Source: Octopus sinensis (lineage: Eukaryota). Taken from it: a stretch of DNA of 64,000 nucleotides. A model generated the notes under the pieces. The model searched no databases, was not told the DNA's origin, and saw only the letters and a list, made by a program, of their open reading frames with translations. Shown in pieces: positions 12,666 through 25,706 of the stretch; position 1 is the stretch's first letter, and every line of letters begins with the position of its first letter. The DNA lies in assembly GCF_006345805.1 (NCBI RefSeq), contig NC_043006.1, forward strand, positions 72,664,001-72,728,000, written 5' to 3'. The translations under genes were made by a program, and so were the position numbers.

Positions 12666-15229
12666 ATATTTATGCTTTATCTTTAGTTTGTTTCAGTCAT
12701 TGGACTGTGGCCATGCTGAGGTACCACCTTCAAAAGTTTTAGTTGAACAGATTGATCCAAGAACTTATCCAGTTTTCAAGTCAGGTACATATTTTATTAG
12801 TCTCTTTTGCTGAATCGCTAAGTGATGTGGATGTAAACAAACCAACACCAGTTGTCAAATGGTGGGCGGGTGGGGGGTGACATGCACAGATGCAAAAACA
12901 CATACATTTATATATGCAATGGGCTTCCACACAGTTTCCATTCATCAAATTCACTCACAGGTAATGATCAGGCGAGGTCTATAGTTGAAGATACTTGCCC
13001 AAGGTGTTGCACAGTGGAACTGAACCTGAAAACCAAGGGTTATAAAGTAAACTTAGAAAATTTTTTTAAATATTATTACAAAAATATTATTGTTTGAAAT
13101 ATGGGTCAGCTATAACGTAATTTACCTAAAATATTAGGCTGTTATTATACCAATATTTGTTTTAAAATGTACTCTGGTTTTGACATAACCATCTGAGAGA
13201 ACTGCATAATGGACCAATTAATTTATCTTTAGTGCAGCTCTGCGTGTAATCAACGTTAAAAAAAAGCCTAAGGGAGATAATTCCTTCAATTACGACTTTT
13301 TAATTAATCGGCTAAAGTATATTTCCATATGAAAGTTAAAAAATGAATAAACAATAAATAAATAAATAAATATTAGTCATTGTCCTGTGGTAGTAAAACA
13401 CAAGCAAAGTTGAGAAGTCACAAGAAGCATCTTTTTAAGCGAGCTTTTTTTCAGCTTTTGAGGATTATATTTGATTTAATTATGGAACTCATTCAATTCA
13501 ATTCCATATTTCCCTAGTATCTAAATTTTGGTTTTAAAATTTTTCAATAAGATTTCTTAAAAAGTTGCTTCTTACCAGTTCTTGTTAACCACAAACCAAG
13601 TGGGAGAGAAACAACTTAAGAAGCACAAAGAAGCTAAAAGTTAATTTTTTATTAAATTTAGATACCAGGAAGCAGATAACTAGATTATTGAGGTCCTATA
13701 ACTGTTTATAATACTAATAGATGTTTTATATATCATTATTAAGATATATAAAGATATTATCTCATATAAACTGTAAGAGCACTGAAAAAAAAACTACAAA
13801 AAGATAAATTTTAACTTATGTATGTATAATAAATTTCTTTGAATACTCGGGAGACTTGCTAGAAGTATTTGTTAGCTTTTTAATCAGAGTGGCTTTAATG
13901 ATAATTGATGTAGCTACCAAGCCATGTAGTAGTCCAGGCTCATCAAACCAGTATGATCTCAAGCTCAAATGCAGGGCCTCCATAGCAGAATGTGCCACAA
14001 TGCCTGCAATTTTGAGGATAGAGGGACAAATCAATAAAGTGCTTTTCTGATACTTTATTTTATTGACCCCCAAAAGGTTGAAAGGCAAACCTGATTTCAT
14101 CAGAATTTAAGCTTAGAACATAAACAGCAGGAAGAAATGCCACTAAGCATTTTGTCTAAAGAGCTAATGGCCCTGTTGGCTCACTGCCTTAATCTGGAAA
14201 CAAATAGTAAAGATAGGTAGGCAGATGTTAAGATCCAGAAGGAGGTTTAGCAAAGCTAAGCCTTTGAATGGAATCCAGAAGGGCAGGAGACTGGGGATCA
14301 TTTGGCAGAGCTCTGCAAAAGAGGAAGTGAAAACGATAGGGATGGTATGGAAGCAAGGGTGTGGGTGGGGGTGGGGAGAACATATACAGAACAGAACATA
14401 TTGCAGAGAGTCAATATTTACTTTTACAGGAATCATAGTGATGATAATAATGATGACAATAATGGTGCTGGTGGTAGTGATGAATATGATGTGGTGGTGG
14501 TAATGATGACGGTGATGACAATGATGATATATGTCTCAGAAATATCCTAAACATTAGATTGTGGCTAACACAGACCTCTAGGCCCAAACCAAACTTGAAC
14601 TTATCGAGCATCAGATGAAATATAAAGTAGAGATGGGTAGGGTATATGTTAAGACCCTGGGAGAATATTTGACAGGGTAAATGGTAATGTTGCTCATGAT
14701 GATGATGGTTTAGACCTCACTGTGAATATAATTAAAATAGCAAATATTTTTGTCTTGAGAAAAAATATTTTCTTATACATAAAGTGATGCTAATTTATTT
14801 TTCCATATGTTAATCTGTTTATTTACTTAATACCTGTTTCTGTTTCTTTACCCCATTTCTCGACATTTTCTCCACCGTTTATTTTTGTAAATTGATTATT
14901 TTTTCAAATAAATTAAAGAAAGATCTCTTAGAGCGGAAAGGCCACAATTTCACAGATAACAGCATTTCGTCTATCTTACGTTTTGGGTTCAAATTCTGCT
15001 GCGGTCAACTTTGCCTTTCGTCCTTTTGGAGATCGACAAAATAAATAACAGTTGAGCAGAGAGTCAATGTAATCGACTAGTGGCAAAGATAAAGTGTGTG
15101 GGCACACCGCTTATTTCCGAATTTCTTTGGATTCCCATATTTTTGATATAGATTAGGATTTTGCCTCAAAAAACGTGTTTTCAAAATTTTAATTTCCTCT
15201 TTCCCCACCCCAATATTTTAATTTTTAAC

Positions 15230-15500
15230 TTTTTTCGAAATTTAAAAAACTTTTTCCCTAAAAGAAAAAACTCAAATCCCCTTTCCCAACCCCCACTCAT
15301 CACCTCCCCACTTTAAAAAGGCTAAAAACTCCGAATGCTTCACTTCTAGCGTAGAATTCTGGTGTAAAAACGAAATGCGAAAGTGAAACATTCGGAGTTT
15401 TTAACTTTTTGAAAACGGGGAGGTGATGAGTGGGAGAGGTGGGGGAAAGGAGCATTGAGCATTTCTATAAGAAAAATTAAAATTTAAAAAAAATTCTCAG
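15230..15500. repeat. Long imperfect inverted repeat (foldback element) upstream of the DPF promoter
   Basis: CCCACTCATCACCTCCCC...AAAAACTCCGAATGCTTCACTT (15293-15346) pairs with AAGTGAAACATTCGGAGTTTTT...GGGGAGGTGATGAGTGGG (15380-15434), with weaker outer arms. Confidence 0.8.
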
Positions 15501-15929
15501 ATTCGTAATCTCTATTTTTCTACGTGGATTAATTAATTAATAAAAAGGTCAATTATTGTAATTTGGAGGAGAAAGCCAGCGACTTGGCAGAATTGTTAAC
15601 GCATCGGACAACATGTTTAGCAGCATTTTGTTCGTCTTTACGCTCTGAATTTAAATTTCACTATATTCAATTTTGCTTTCAATCCTTGCGGGGTCGATAA
15701 AAAATTAACAGTTGAGCAATGGAGTCGATGTGATCAACTAGCACACTTCCTCAAAATTTCAGGCATTGTGCCTACTACAGAAGAAAAAAAAAATATTATT
15801 TGGAGGAGACAGTGAATCAAATTCACTTTCAGTAATTGGGGAATACTTAATTTTAATCAATGCCGAAAGGACAAAGTGTGAAACTATTGACAGCAAAATT
15901 TGAATCGGTCTATAATGAAGCAAGACGAA

Positions 15930-15990
15930 CCGGAAGTGACTTCTGACATACCGGGTAATTACGTCACGTGACGCTATCGCTTCATTCCTC
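15930..15990 (+). promoter_or_regulatory. Core promoter of the DPF gene: ETS site, E-box/CLEAR-type palindrome and Inr-like element
   Basis: CCGGAAGTG at 15930-15938; TTACGTCA at 15959-15966 overlapping the 12-bp palindrome CGTCACGTGACG at 15962-15973; TCATTC Inr-like motif at 15982-15987, about 40 nt before the ATG. Confidence 0.7.
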
Positions 15991-16021
15991 TTATTCTTTT
16001 CCAGTGTTGAAAACGAGCGCG

Positions 16022-16041
16022 ATGGCCCTTTATAGGAAATG
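16022..16041 (+). CDS. DPF2: d4/DPF (BAF45) gene, coding exon 1 (MALYRK + TG, phase 2)
   Basis: gcgATGG start just downstream of the promoter motifs; TG|GTATGT donor; phase 2 matches the single leftover base of exon 2 (TG+T = Cys). The symbol stands for the single invertebrate DPF1/2/3 ortholog. Confidence 0.72.
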
Positions 16042-17472
16042 GTATGTATAATATATACATATAGTTAGCCTTCGATTTACAACTATATAACAATAATATT
16101 GTAATAATACTGGGGAATATTAAACGTTGATCATACCGCCTGTTTGTGAAACAAAGAACACCACACAAAGCAGCACTTGAAATATGCTGGAGATGTTTTT
16201 TTTTTCTCTCTCGAATCTGTAGCGTTGACTCATCATAAATGTTAATATATTTTGTTATGAGGAGTAGTGGAAAATCAGAATCGTTTTATATGAATGATAA
16301 ATCTGCTTTGTGGTATTTAAATACCACAGCATTTTGATTTCGAATTCCTTGATTTTCATTTTATCCTTCCGGAGTTGATAAAATTAATATTGGCTGAGTA
16401 TTGATGTCGATCTATTCCGACTATACCCACCCCTTTAACATCCTTGGTGTCTCTATGACATCAATTATATCTTGTTATTATATAGTTTTTTTCCCCTTCT
16501 GCTCATATTGTCAAACACCAGGAAATATAATTATTAAATAAGAAAATGATATATTTCCAGTTATCCTTTCATATCAATATAAAAAAACATTTGAAAAAAA
16601 TCATTATCATTATACACAGTTAACTTCAAACCATCTTCTTTTACTAATATTCTCAACGTTTGTGAGAAAAGATTTCTTTATACAAGTCCTACATGTGAGC
16701 AGGCATTATAATAGTAGACTTAACATCTATTATAATTCCTATTCACATGTAGGATGCTTTATATAAGGATATTAAATTGAACCACTTATTTGACTGGTAC
16801 GACCAATTGTATAATTTATTTTATCATTCTGAGAACGAAATTAATTTTCTTCTTTCCCGCTGCCAATTTTTTTTTTATTGAATAAAATTATGTTAATTAT
16901 ATACATATATAACACCAACGAATTTAATTGTTACAAAACACACATACATAAGATTTATATATAACACGAATGTAGTATATATGCACACTGCATATGTAGG
17001 ATATAGCATCAACGAACCAAGTATATATACTCATTGAAATAATATAACCCCTCCCCTTAACAAAATTGCGTTGCTTTGTTTTTTTTACAGCATATGTGTG
17101 TATTTTGTCACTTTCTCAGGAGAATCATCTACCTGCTAAGGCGCCTTTTTTCTGAATGTTAATATGTAATTGCATTGTTTAACCTGACCTTTCTGTTTAA
17201 GACATTACTATGTGATTTGGTTGTTCTTTCTAGCTGGCCTAGTATCAGTCCCATTGATTAATCAGCAACAACATTGTTCAGTGTCCATTTTCTTTTTAAA
17301 GACGTTAAGGTGTAATTTGAGGCAAAGTTGGCTACTGCTTTGTACCTGGCCGAAGCAGTCCGTTTATCCATTTTACAGTTTAATTGCTGCAGTTTTAAAT
17401 TAAATGCAACATAATTAATACATATCATAGTATGATCGCGAAGTAAAAGCATATATAGATGTATCCTGAGGG

Positions 17473-17588
<116 letters not shown>

Positions 17589-20500
17589 GTATATATACAC
17601 ATATATACATACACACACACACACAATGTTGAAGAGAAATAGAAATAAAATGCTCAAATTGCATCAAACTATCTTTATTTTAGATAAAACCTATTTATAA
17701 TATGGAACGGGTACTTCTACGTTTTGAGGGGTTCTCTTTCGCTGCAAACCTATCAGTCAATATTGTGACAGTCGTGAAAAATTAACGGTAGTTATTACAT
17801 CGCTGTAGAGTTTTTGGTCGGGGTTGTTATATATTTCTAGTTATAATCTCCTCTGTAATTTATTCAGTGGTGCAATGTGTGTGTATATTGTATGTATTAT
17901 ATATTTATTTTTTGTCAGTCTTTTTTGAAAGGTGGCCATTTTGATGTCTTAGCTTTTCTAAATTCTCTTTAATCTCCTCTCTCTTCTTCTGATTCCCCTT
18001 TGTTTTTATTATTGCGAACTAGAGAAGGATTAAACCCCGGGCTTTATTTCATCGTTGTACACACACACATAGATGTATTGGATGCGTGTATTCCACACAC
18101 ACCTTTCTTTTATTGTCTGAATCGTTTTAGCTAGTCTAAGTTAATTTATTCATTTCTCCTCTACATATTGAGTTCGCTATTTAAAAAAAAAACTATCACG
18201 AGTTTTACCTAACCACTGAAACAATCTTTATCTATCTAACATAGTCGATGTTTATATAATATACCCTCCCTTTTTTTATGACTCCAAATTGATATTTTTT
18301 TTATCAGAATCATTGTCAAAATACAATATATTTTTTATAGTAAAGAAGTGTGATGTCATCTTTTTCAAGCTTTCTGAGAAAATGATTGAAGATAGCTGCT
18401 AATTACAAAATTAAAAGTGTTTTCATTTTTACTCCTTTATTTCTAACTTCGTTGTTATGCCTTTTTCAATGTTTTATTATGTTCCGTCTTTAATTTATTA
18501 TATTTTAAATGTTGAAGATAAAATTATGCATTGTGCAAGGTGACTGTCTGGTATTCTTGGGTTTTCAATAATCTCGTTCTTCAACTTTTTGTACTGTTGA
18601 TTGATGTCCTTTTTAAAAAAAAATTTTGAGTTAGCTTCTGAAACTGCTAATTGATCCTAGTCTAATTGAAAATGTTACCCTTATTGTACCCCTGCCACCA
18701 TGATACTATTCAGAAATCCCATCCCAAGAAAACTCCCAGTTCTGAAAAGTTAGCCCTTACACAAATCACAGCAACCCCAGCAACTTAACTGGTTGAAATA
18801 GACCTAAGTACATGAGAATAAAAACATCTCATGGCGAGGTCACGTCTCAGTGCATGTAATTTTCCCACAAAATCTCAGTGTTTTGTCTTGATGGCTTTTT
18901 GGTGAACTTGAGACAGCAAAGCACCTGTACTCCAGGCATTATCTTATTCACTTAGAACTTATATTCTATGTTCCAGGAACTATATGGATGCAAACATTAT
19001 ATCAGGTACTCGAGTACACTTAGATTTTGGTTCTGCTGATGGTGTTTTTGTACCTTTTCCAACCAACGTAATAAGGTAAAAGTTTAGCCATGGTTGTTAG
19101 AACAGTTGGATAGATTGCCTTGTGGTAGTCCTAGATATCCTTTAAAATAATGGGATGGTTACAATTGGAATGCTTTTAATCAGGTTTGCTCACTCAGGGC
19201 AAATTAACTAATTAATCCTTTCTACTATAGGCACAAGGTCTGAAATTTTTGGGGAAGGTGACAGTTGATTACATCAACCCTAGTGCTTGACTGGTACTTA
19301 TTTCATCAACCCCAAAAGGATGAAAGGAAAAGTCAACCTGGGCAGAATTTGAACTCGGGATGTAAAGGCAGATGAAATGCTGCTAAGCATTTTTCCCAGT
19401 GTGCTAACGATTCTGCCAAGACTAAGTAATAGCCATGGTTGTTATACACTAGACAAAGACATTTCCCAGTTGCTGGTCTCCTTTATTAACTCTTGCTACT
19501 GTTTAGTTATTAATGGGCACCTTCTAATATTTTCATTCAAATCTACTCTTTCCAAGATTTAAAATGTAATTTTCTAACAAATCCTGCATTGTGGAGCAAA
19601 TCACCAGTAGATTCATTATCATTTTTAATGTCCCTTTTTTATGTTGGTATGGGCTGGACAGGTTAACAAGGAACTGATGAGCTATTGAGCTCCAGTGTCA
19701 GCCCTTCCTAATGCTAACCACTTTACAAAGTGTACTAGGTGCTTATTTTTTCTTCGTGGCACCCACACTGGTGAGGTTACCAAGTACTTGCAAGGCAAGA
19801 CCCCCTCAGCTGAATGGGGTATAATTTTGAGGGTTGTGAAATTATGACAGAGCGATAGTAGCAGATATCATGCTAGAAAGTGATGTGGTGTCATGATAGA
19901 AGGACTAAAATAAAGAAAGAAATGGACTACTCATAGCTCTGATGGACACTCATATATTTAAAAATTATTAACTGAGTTCATTGCTAAACTTTTTCCTAAT
20001 AGTCAGTGCACTAACATTATCACTACAATGATGCATTAGAGTTTACACTAAGTCACTGCTCCAACTATTGTCCATAATAATGTTTTAAATGAATCTTGCC
20101 ATTAGAGTGTATATCATTTTTATGTCCCATTTTCCCATGCTTGCATGTGTTGGACAGGTCTTCCTCATCACTTGGTACAGTCCATTATCATCCTTTTCAT
20201 GAAGTTCATAATTCTGAAGCTTTCGTCCTTTTCCACATCTTCCTTGATTTTTATCTTTCAAAGGCTCTTTCCAGTTGGATTAGTTGGTGCTACTTCACCC
20301 AACTGTCATCCTTCGTAGGCATATATTAAAATATCATCATCAATCATCATTTTAACATCCTCTTTTCTATGTTTGCATGGAATGGACAAAATTTATTGAG
20401 GTAGATTTTTCTATGGCTGGATGCCCTTCATATAACCAACCTTCACCTGTTTTCAAGCTAGGGAAAATTTCCCCATGGCTAGACATATTTTCCCAGAAGA

Positions 20501-23500
20501 TTCAGAATGAATGACACAGCTTGTAAGACTGACACTCATTTACAACTACTACATGATGTCAAGGCAAAGAGACACAAATATACATACGAATATATTGTTT
20601 GTTTTTATGTTATAATAAAAACCATTTTACTTTAAACTGAAGGATTTCTCAATCCTTTTGGTAGAGTACAAGTTTATTATTCTTTAACAAGAATAGTACA
20701 GGGCAGAGAATAAAACTTAGAAAAGCCAAATGAAATCTGAAAATGTTTTATTGTACATGGAAGAATCAACATATAGCAAAATTATATATACACAAGTTAT
20801 TACTGCCTATAATAGAGGATGTGTTCACCAATATTTTCTATCACCAATTGGATACGGCATCTGAAAGTTCTACAGGTTTTTATAGTAAAATATTCAGACA
20901 GTTTGATCCATTCTTCCTTTAAAACTTACTTGAGGCTTTCAGTGCTAGGATGAAAAGCTCTATTGGTAGACTGCTCTAATGTGCCCCAAATAGAATAGTC
21001 CAGTAGATTCAAATCTGGCTAGAGGAGGGCCAAAAATCAGCAAAATGTTTGCACTTTCTTCACTGTATGAACAGGTACTCCATCCTGAATCCACACATAA
21101 TTAAGTTCAGGATAATTAGCCTTAAGCCAAAATCAGGACATATCTTAACACTTTGTAATAGACATCAGCACTGATTCTCTCACCAAATTTGAAAAAAATG
21201 ATGGGGCATATTTTTTGCCATCTGATGCCACAACTCCCAAAACTGCAACCTAAGCAGGATGCACATTGGACTGAACCGAAAACCATTCAGTTCTGAGATG
21301 AACATCTTAATCAGACAACTAAAACATCTTATAGCTGTTAAATAAAATGTATTTAGATTAGTGTGTGAAGATAAGCTGTTGCTGATGGAATTAATAATCA
21401 TTGTTTAAATTTAATCTGTGAATGTGAAAAATCAGAAATAAAATATTCCGACCTTAGTTTTGTGACACATTAGTTATTAAGCACTGATTTAGATAAGATC
21501 AGTAATGAAAGAAGAACCAGTGTATTGTAGTATCTAAATTATGTGATGACTGTCACTTTTGAGGATTTTTTTGTGACCAGTTACAGGTGTGATTGAGCAG
21601 AGTTTTAATATTCATTAATCAAACACTTAATAATTCACAGATATCAACTAGTAGCACCATCACCATTGTTTTACATTAGTTTTCCATGCTGGCATGGGTT
21701 GGACAAGGTTGTTAGGTCCAAGTTCAAGAAGATGAGTTAAATGGTATTAGTCACTAGTTTGCCTGAGAAATAAAAGATGTATGGAAAAGTTTGATAATTA
21801 AAGAGATAGTAGTGTTTATAACTACAGAAGATTTCAAATGAAGGAAGTTTGATAATGAAATAGAACCAATATAAGGAAGTTGAAGCTAAGAGAAAACTGT
21901 CAATTATAGAAACTACTCATGAAATGGAAGCAATTTTCCCACTCATGGCAGCATAAGAAATGACATTCTCATCTTTACTAACACTTAATATCTACTTTCT
22001 ATTCAGATAGATCTTCATGATAGCACTTCCCCTGATCGTCACCAGCATTGTCGTATGTCTTCTTTTCCATACTGACATGGATTGGATAGGTTTTCTGAAG
22101 CAGTTGTTAATGGCTGAATGCCTTTTCTATCTCCAGTTCTTTTAGCTGCCTCTTATGACATATAGGAACATGGTGTACCTATCCTGAATCTGGGATACAC
22201 TTGGTAATGCAGCTACATATCTCTTGATCATCTTTATTTTTGCCATCTTCTGAGTGTGACCTAATTTTCCATGGTGTCATCTATTTTGGTTTTGCTCCAG
22301 GGATCTACATATTCAATTAATAGCTATCATCTATTTGTGTTGCATATAGGTATAAGTGTGACTGTGGATCTAGAGTTTGCTTTGTGAATTTGTAGTTTTA
22401 AGTTCTATCTCATTGTGTAGTAATTGGGCAAGTGTCTTGTACTATAACCTCTGGTCAACCAATGGATAGAATTGCTTGGCAAAAACTCTATGGGAGTCCA
22501 TTTTGTTTGTGGGTGTATGTATCTGTGCGAATGTTTACATGTGGCCTTGTTTGAAGCCATTTAAGGAAAATGATGACATTGTGTTGGCATTCCCTGCTAA
22601 CAAATTATTTTGTAACTCATTGCTTTTGAATATGTGTAATAAAAAGTCCTTTATTTGAAAATGAGAAGGGTCAGTGATATAAAGAGTGACCACTATAAAA
22701 TACTGCCTCAGTATTAAGTATTCATCTAAACCATGCTAACATTGGAAAAAGAGACTTAAAAATGAACAAATGAATTCATTTCAGTGCAGTTCTTTCTTTT
22801 ACATACTCTGAGTAATTCTTCTGTTATACAGTAATGTCTTTAACTCACCTAAGTCTGTATCATCGTCATCTTCTATAGTTACTAAGTCTTCTGATTTCAT
22901 TTTGCCTTGTTTCATTGATGTGCAGCACCACACATAGTCAACTTTTTCTTTTGAGCGACAGTTAATTGCCAATAAAGTCAAAAACATACTCTGTACCTGC
23001 TCTACAATATTGTTTATAGTTTTGCTCACATCCCCAGTTACATGAACTATTGTAACAGATGTCACTACCTCCTCACCAATAAACCCTCAGAGAAGTCTTG
23101 TGTATTTAAAGCTTTGATTTTTTTTATTCTTTGTGAACCTATTTATCACACCATTGACATATGCTGTTGTTTAACAATAAGCTAGTCTTAATTGCGCAGA
23201 TATATGATCAAAATCATTCTGGTTTTGACTTTCATTCTGACTGTAGGTTTTGGAGATTTTTTTTTTGCAATGATAGAGTATAATTTAAGGGCATTTTGGC
23301 TGCTATTTCTTAGACTTTCAGTGACCACTTAAAACATGCCTATTGGTTTGATAGACAACACAGTTCGTATATGAAACCTTATTATGGCAAATCATTTATC
23401 TTGGTCATACCTTGATGCCATTGATATAAAACAATCTCATTTCTCTCATCCCATTTGGTTCATTTTATTATATTTACAGCCTTAGAAGTTGATTTTAATT

Positions 23501-23634
23501 CTTTTATTCTAATGACTATAAGTAAACAATGTTTTCTCTGCATTTTATTTACCTTACTACGACCTCATAAACCCAATTTTGAATTTAAAAAAAGCATTTT
23601 TGACGTAGCTGTTTTTCAATCTTTTCATTTGTAG

Positions 23635-23798
23635 TATTGTCAGTGAACAATTTTTGAAAGAAGCTGCTGAACAAACTGCAAGTTTAAATACTCGAATATC
23701 TCTTGAGAGAAAAATGAGACAACCTTTTCTGGATTCCCAGACAGGTGTGGCTCAAAATCACACTACTCTGTGGCAGCAGTATATAAACAGATGCCCTG
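23635..23798 (+). CDS. DPF2: d4/DPF exon 2, Requiem/2-3 domain (IVSEQFLKEAAEQTASLNTRISLERKMRQPFLDSQTGVAQNHTTLWQQYINRCP)
   Basis: The PFLDSQTGVAQ motif is diagnostic of the d4/DPF family; tttgtag acceptor, G|GTAAGC donor, phase 2 to 1. Confidence 0.95.
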
Positions 23799-23991
23799 GT
23801 AAGCTATATTTTAAGCCATTTTTCTATATTTCAACCGTTAGAGCTTTTTTTTTTTAAATATTTTATGCTGCTTTCCAGTATTGTTTAATTTTAAAAATAA
23901 CTATTAAAATTTTCTTGAGGTAGTATTTAATTGAATAACTCTGAACAAAACATTTCCTTTTAATGCTAATTTTTTTGCTTAATAATTAAAG

Positions 23992-24111
23992 GTGAAAATC
24001 AAGGACAACTGTATTCTTATCCTGCCAGAAGATGGAAGAAAAGAAAGCGGGCGTTTTTCCCCACTGAAGTGAGGATGGCCCGAGCTGGTGATATAGAAAC
24101 TGGAGAAGCAG
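23992..24111 (+). CDS. DPF2: d4/DPF exon 3 (GENQGQLYSYPARRWKKRKRAFFPTEVRMARAGDIETGEA)
   Basis: GQLYSYPARRW(K/R)K is the conserved DPF motif; AG acceptor at 23990-23991, G|GTATGG donor, phase 1 to 1. Confidence 0.95.
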
Positions 24112-25467
24112 GTATGGAGTCAATATTTATTTCATTTCATTCAAAATGCCTAAGACTTAGATTAATTTTACAGCTGGATGCTTCTCTTCATCTGCTTTTT
24201 CAAATCTTCTCATACTTCACATCTAACTCTCTTTTTAACCTTTCTCTGCAAATTAATAGGTATGTTTTTAATTTCTAGTTCCTAATGGCCTTCAAATTTT
24301 CTTTTACCATTTTAATTATATATATATATATGTTTGTTTCCTCCATGTCAAATTTGGATATTAATGATTTTGTAGCTCGTTTCTTTTAAATTTTATTTTG
24401 TTCCAAAAATCTATAAAATATATCAAATTTACTACTACAAAAGAAAGATGCAACTTGTGGATGACATTCCACATTAATTGGTTGATTGCTTGACAAAACC
24501 GATAATCATTTCATGTCTTCAAGCTCAAATCTGGTCAGCGTTGTCCTTTGATAAACCCACACATTCATGTAATTTTCCAAGATGACTCTTTTATTTGCTT
24601 AAAATAACATAACCTACATCATCTCTTTGCTTTAAATTACAGAACTTATACCAGCTCATTTCCTTTAAGCAATAATTGTGTAAAATAGAAACTAACCATT
24701 TACTATTTTAAAATATTTTATTCAGCTCATGCAAGTGTAACAAATAGTCAATGGCTTGTCTTTTCATAGTTGAAAATATCCAGGTATGGATAATTAGCAT
24801 ATTGACCTCAACAAAAAGAGGTACTAAATATTTTAAGACAGTTATAGTAGATTGGTTTCCTGTTTTAGCAAACTCACAAGGAGATTGTTATTGGTGCTAT
24901 AACATTGATCCTAATCCATTCATGAGCTAATTCTCACCCACCCCCAACCTTGTTAAATACATACTTTATTTTACAATAGTGAACACTACTTTAGTGTATA
25001 AGGTGGACTGTCTACACTAGGGAGACAGGAAATAGCCAACACAAGCTGTCAAGCAATAGTTTGGCATCCTCTGTTGTAACTAGCTGGCAGAATTGTTAGC
25101 AGAATTCTGAGTTCAAATTCCACCAAGGCCGACTTAGTCTTTCATCCTTTTGAGGTTGATAAAATTAGTACCAATTGAGTATTGGGGTTGATGTAATCAA
25201 CTTACCCCCTCACCCGAGATTGCTAGCTTTGTTCCAAAATTTGAAATGAATATTTTGGCATCCTCCCAAATGAATATATTATTGATTGTTAATTTTTCTT
25301 TAAATTTATATTCCATTATTTTTGTATTCTACTACCTTCTAATCACTTTAAAAATAAATTTTATCCTGGTTTCCCAAATGTCATCCAACAAGGAATTTTG
25401 TAATATTGTTTTACTATAATATTTAAATACCATACCCGATAATTTATTCTGTTCCATTCTGGATTAA

Positions 25468-25706
25468 CGCTTTAGCATTCAAATTACTCTGTCAAATATA
25501 ATACTTATTTATTCACATTCATTCATCATCATCAAGGCCATTTTGTATTAATTATGCATTATCTTGTAGCTTTAAGATTTCGATGATGTGATTGTTTATC
25601 TTTAGAATACATTGTAGGATAGTTGTGAGAGGCCAGATCTGGCAGTTTTGAATGCAAAACTACTAGAATATTTGAGCCAGACATGGCTGGTTGAAATTCT
25701 AAAAGG
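25468..25706. mobile_element. piggyBac-type MITE with TTAA target-site duplication
   Basis: TTAA|CGCTTTAGCATTC ... GAAATTCTAAAAGG|TTAA imperfect TIRs. Confidence 0.55.

Noticed and set aside
13816-14008. Minus-strand frame GIVAHSAMEALHLSLRSYWFDEPG... after a good TTGCAG acceptor
   Set aside because: No in-phase donor links it to the 13633 exon candidate and no family is recognisable, so it was left out of both gene models
15955-16004. Pyrimidine tract plus CAG just before the ATG exon, as a possible tiny intron or trans-splice acceptor
   Set aside because: It is better explained as an Inr and pyrimidine-rich 5' UTR; the implied intron is only ~50 nt and SL trans-splicing is not established for cephalopods
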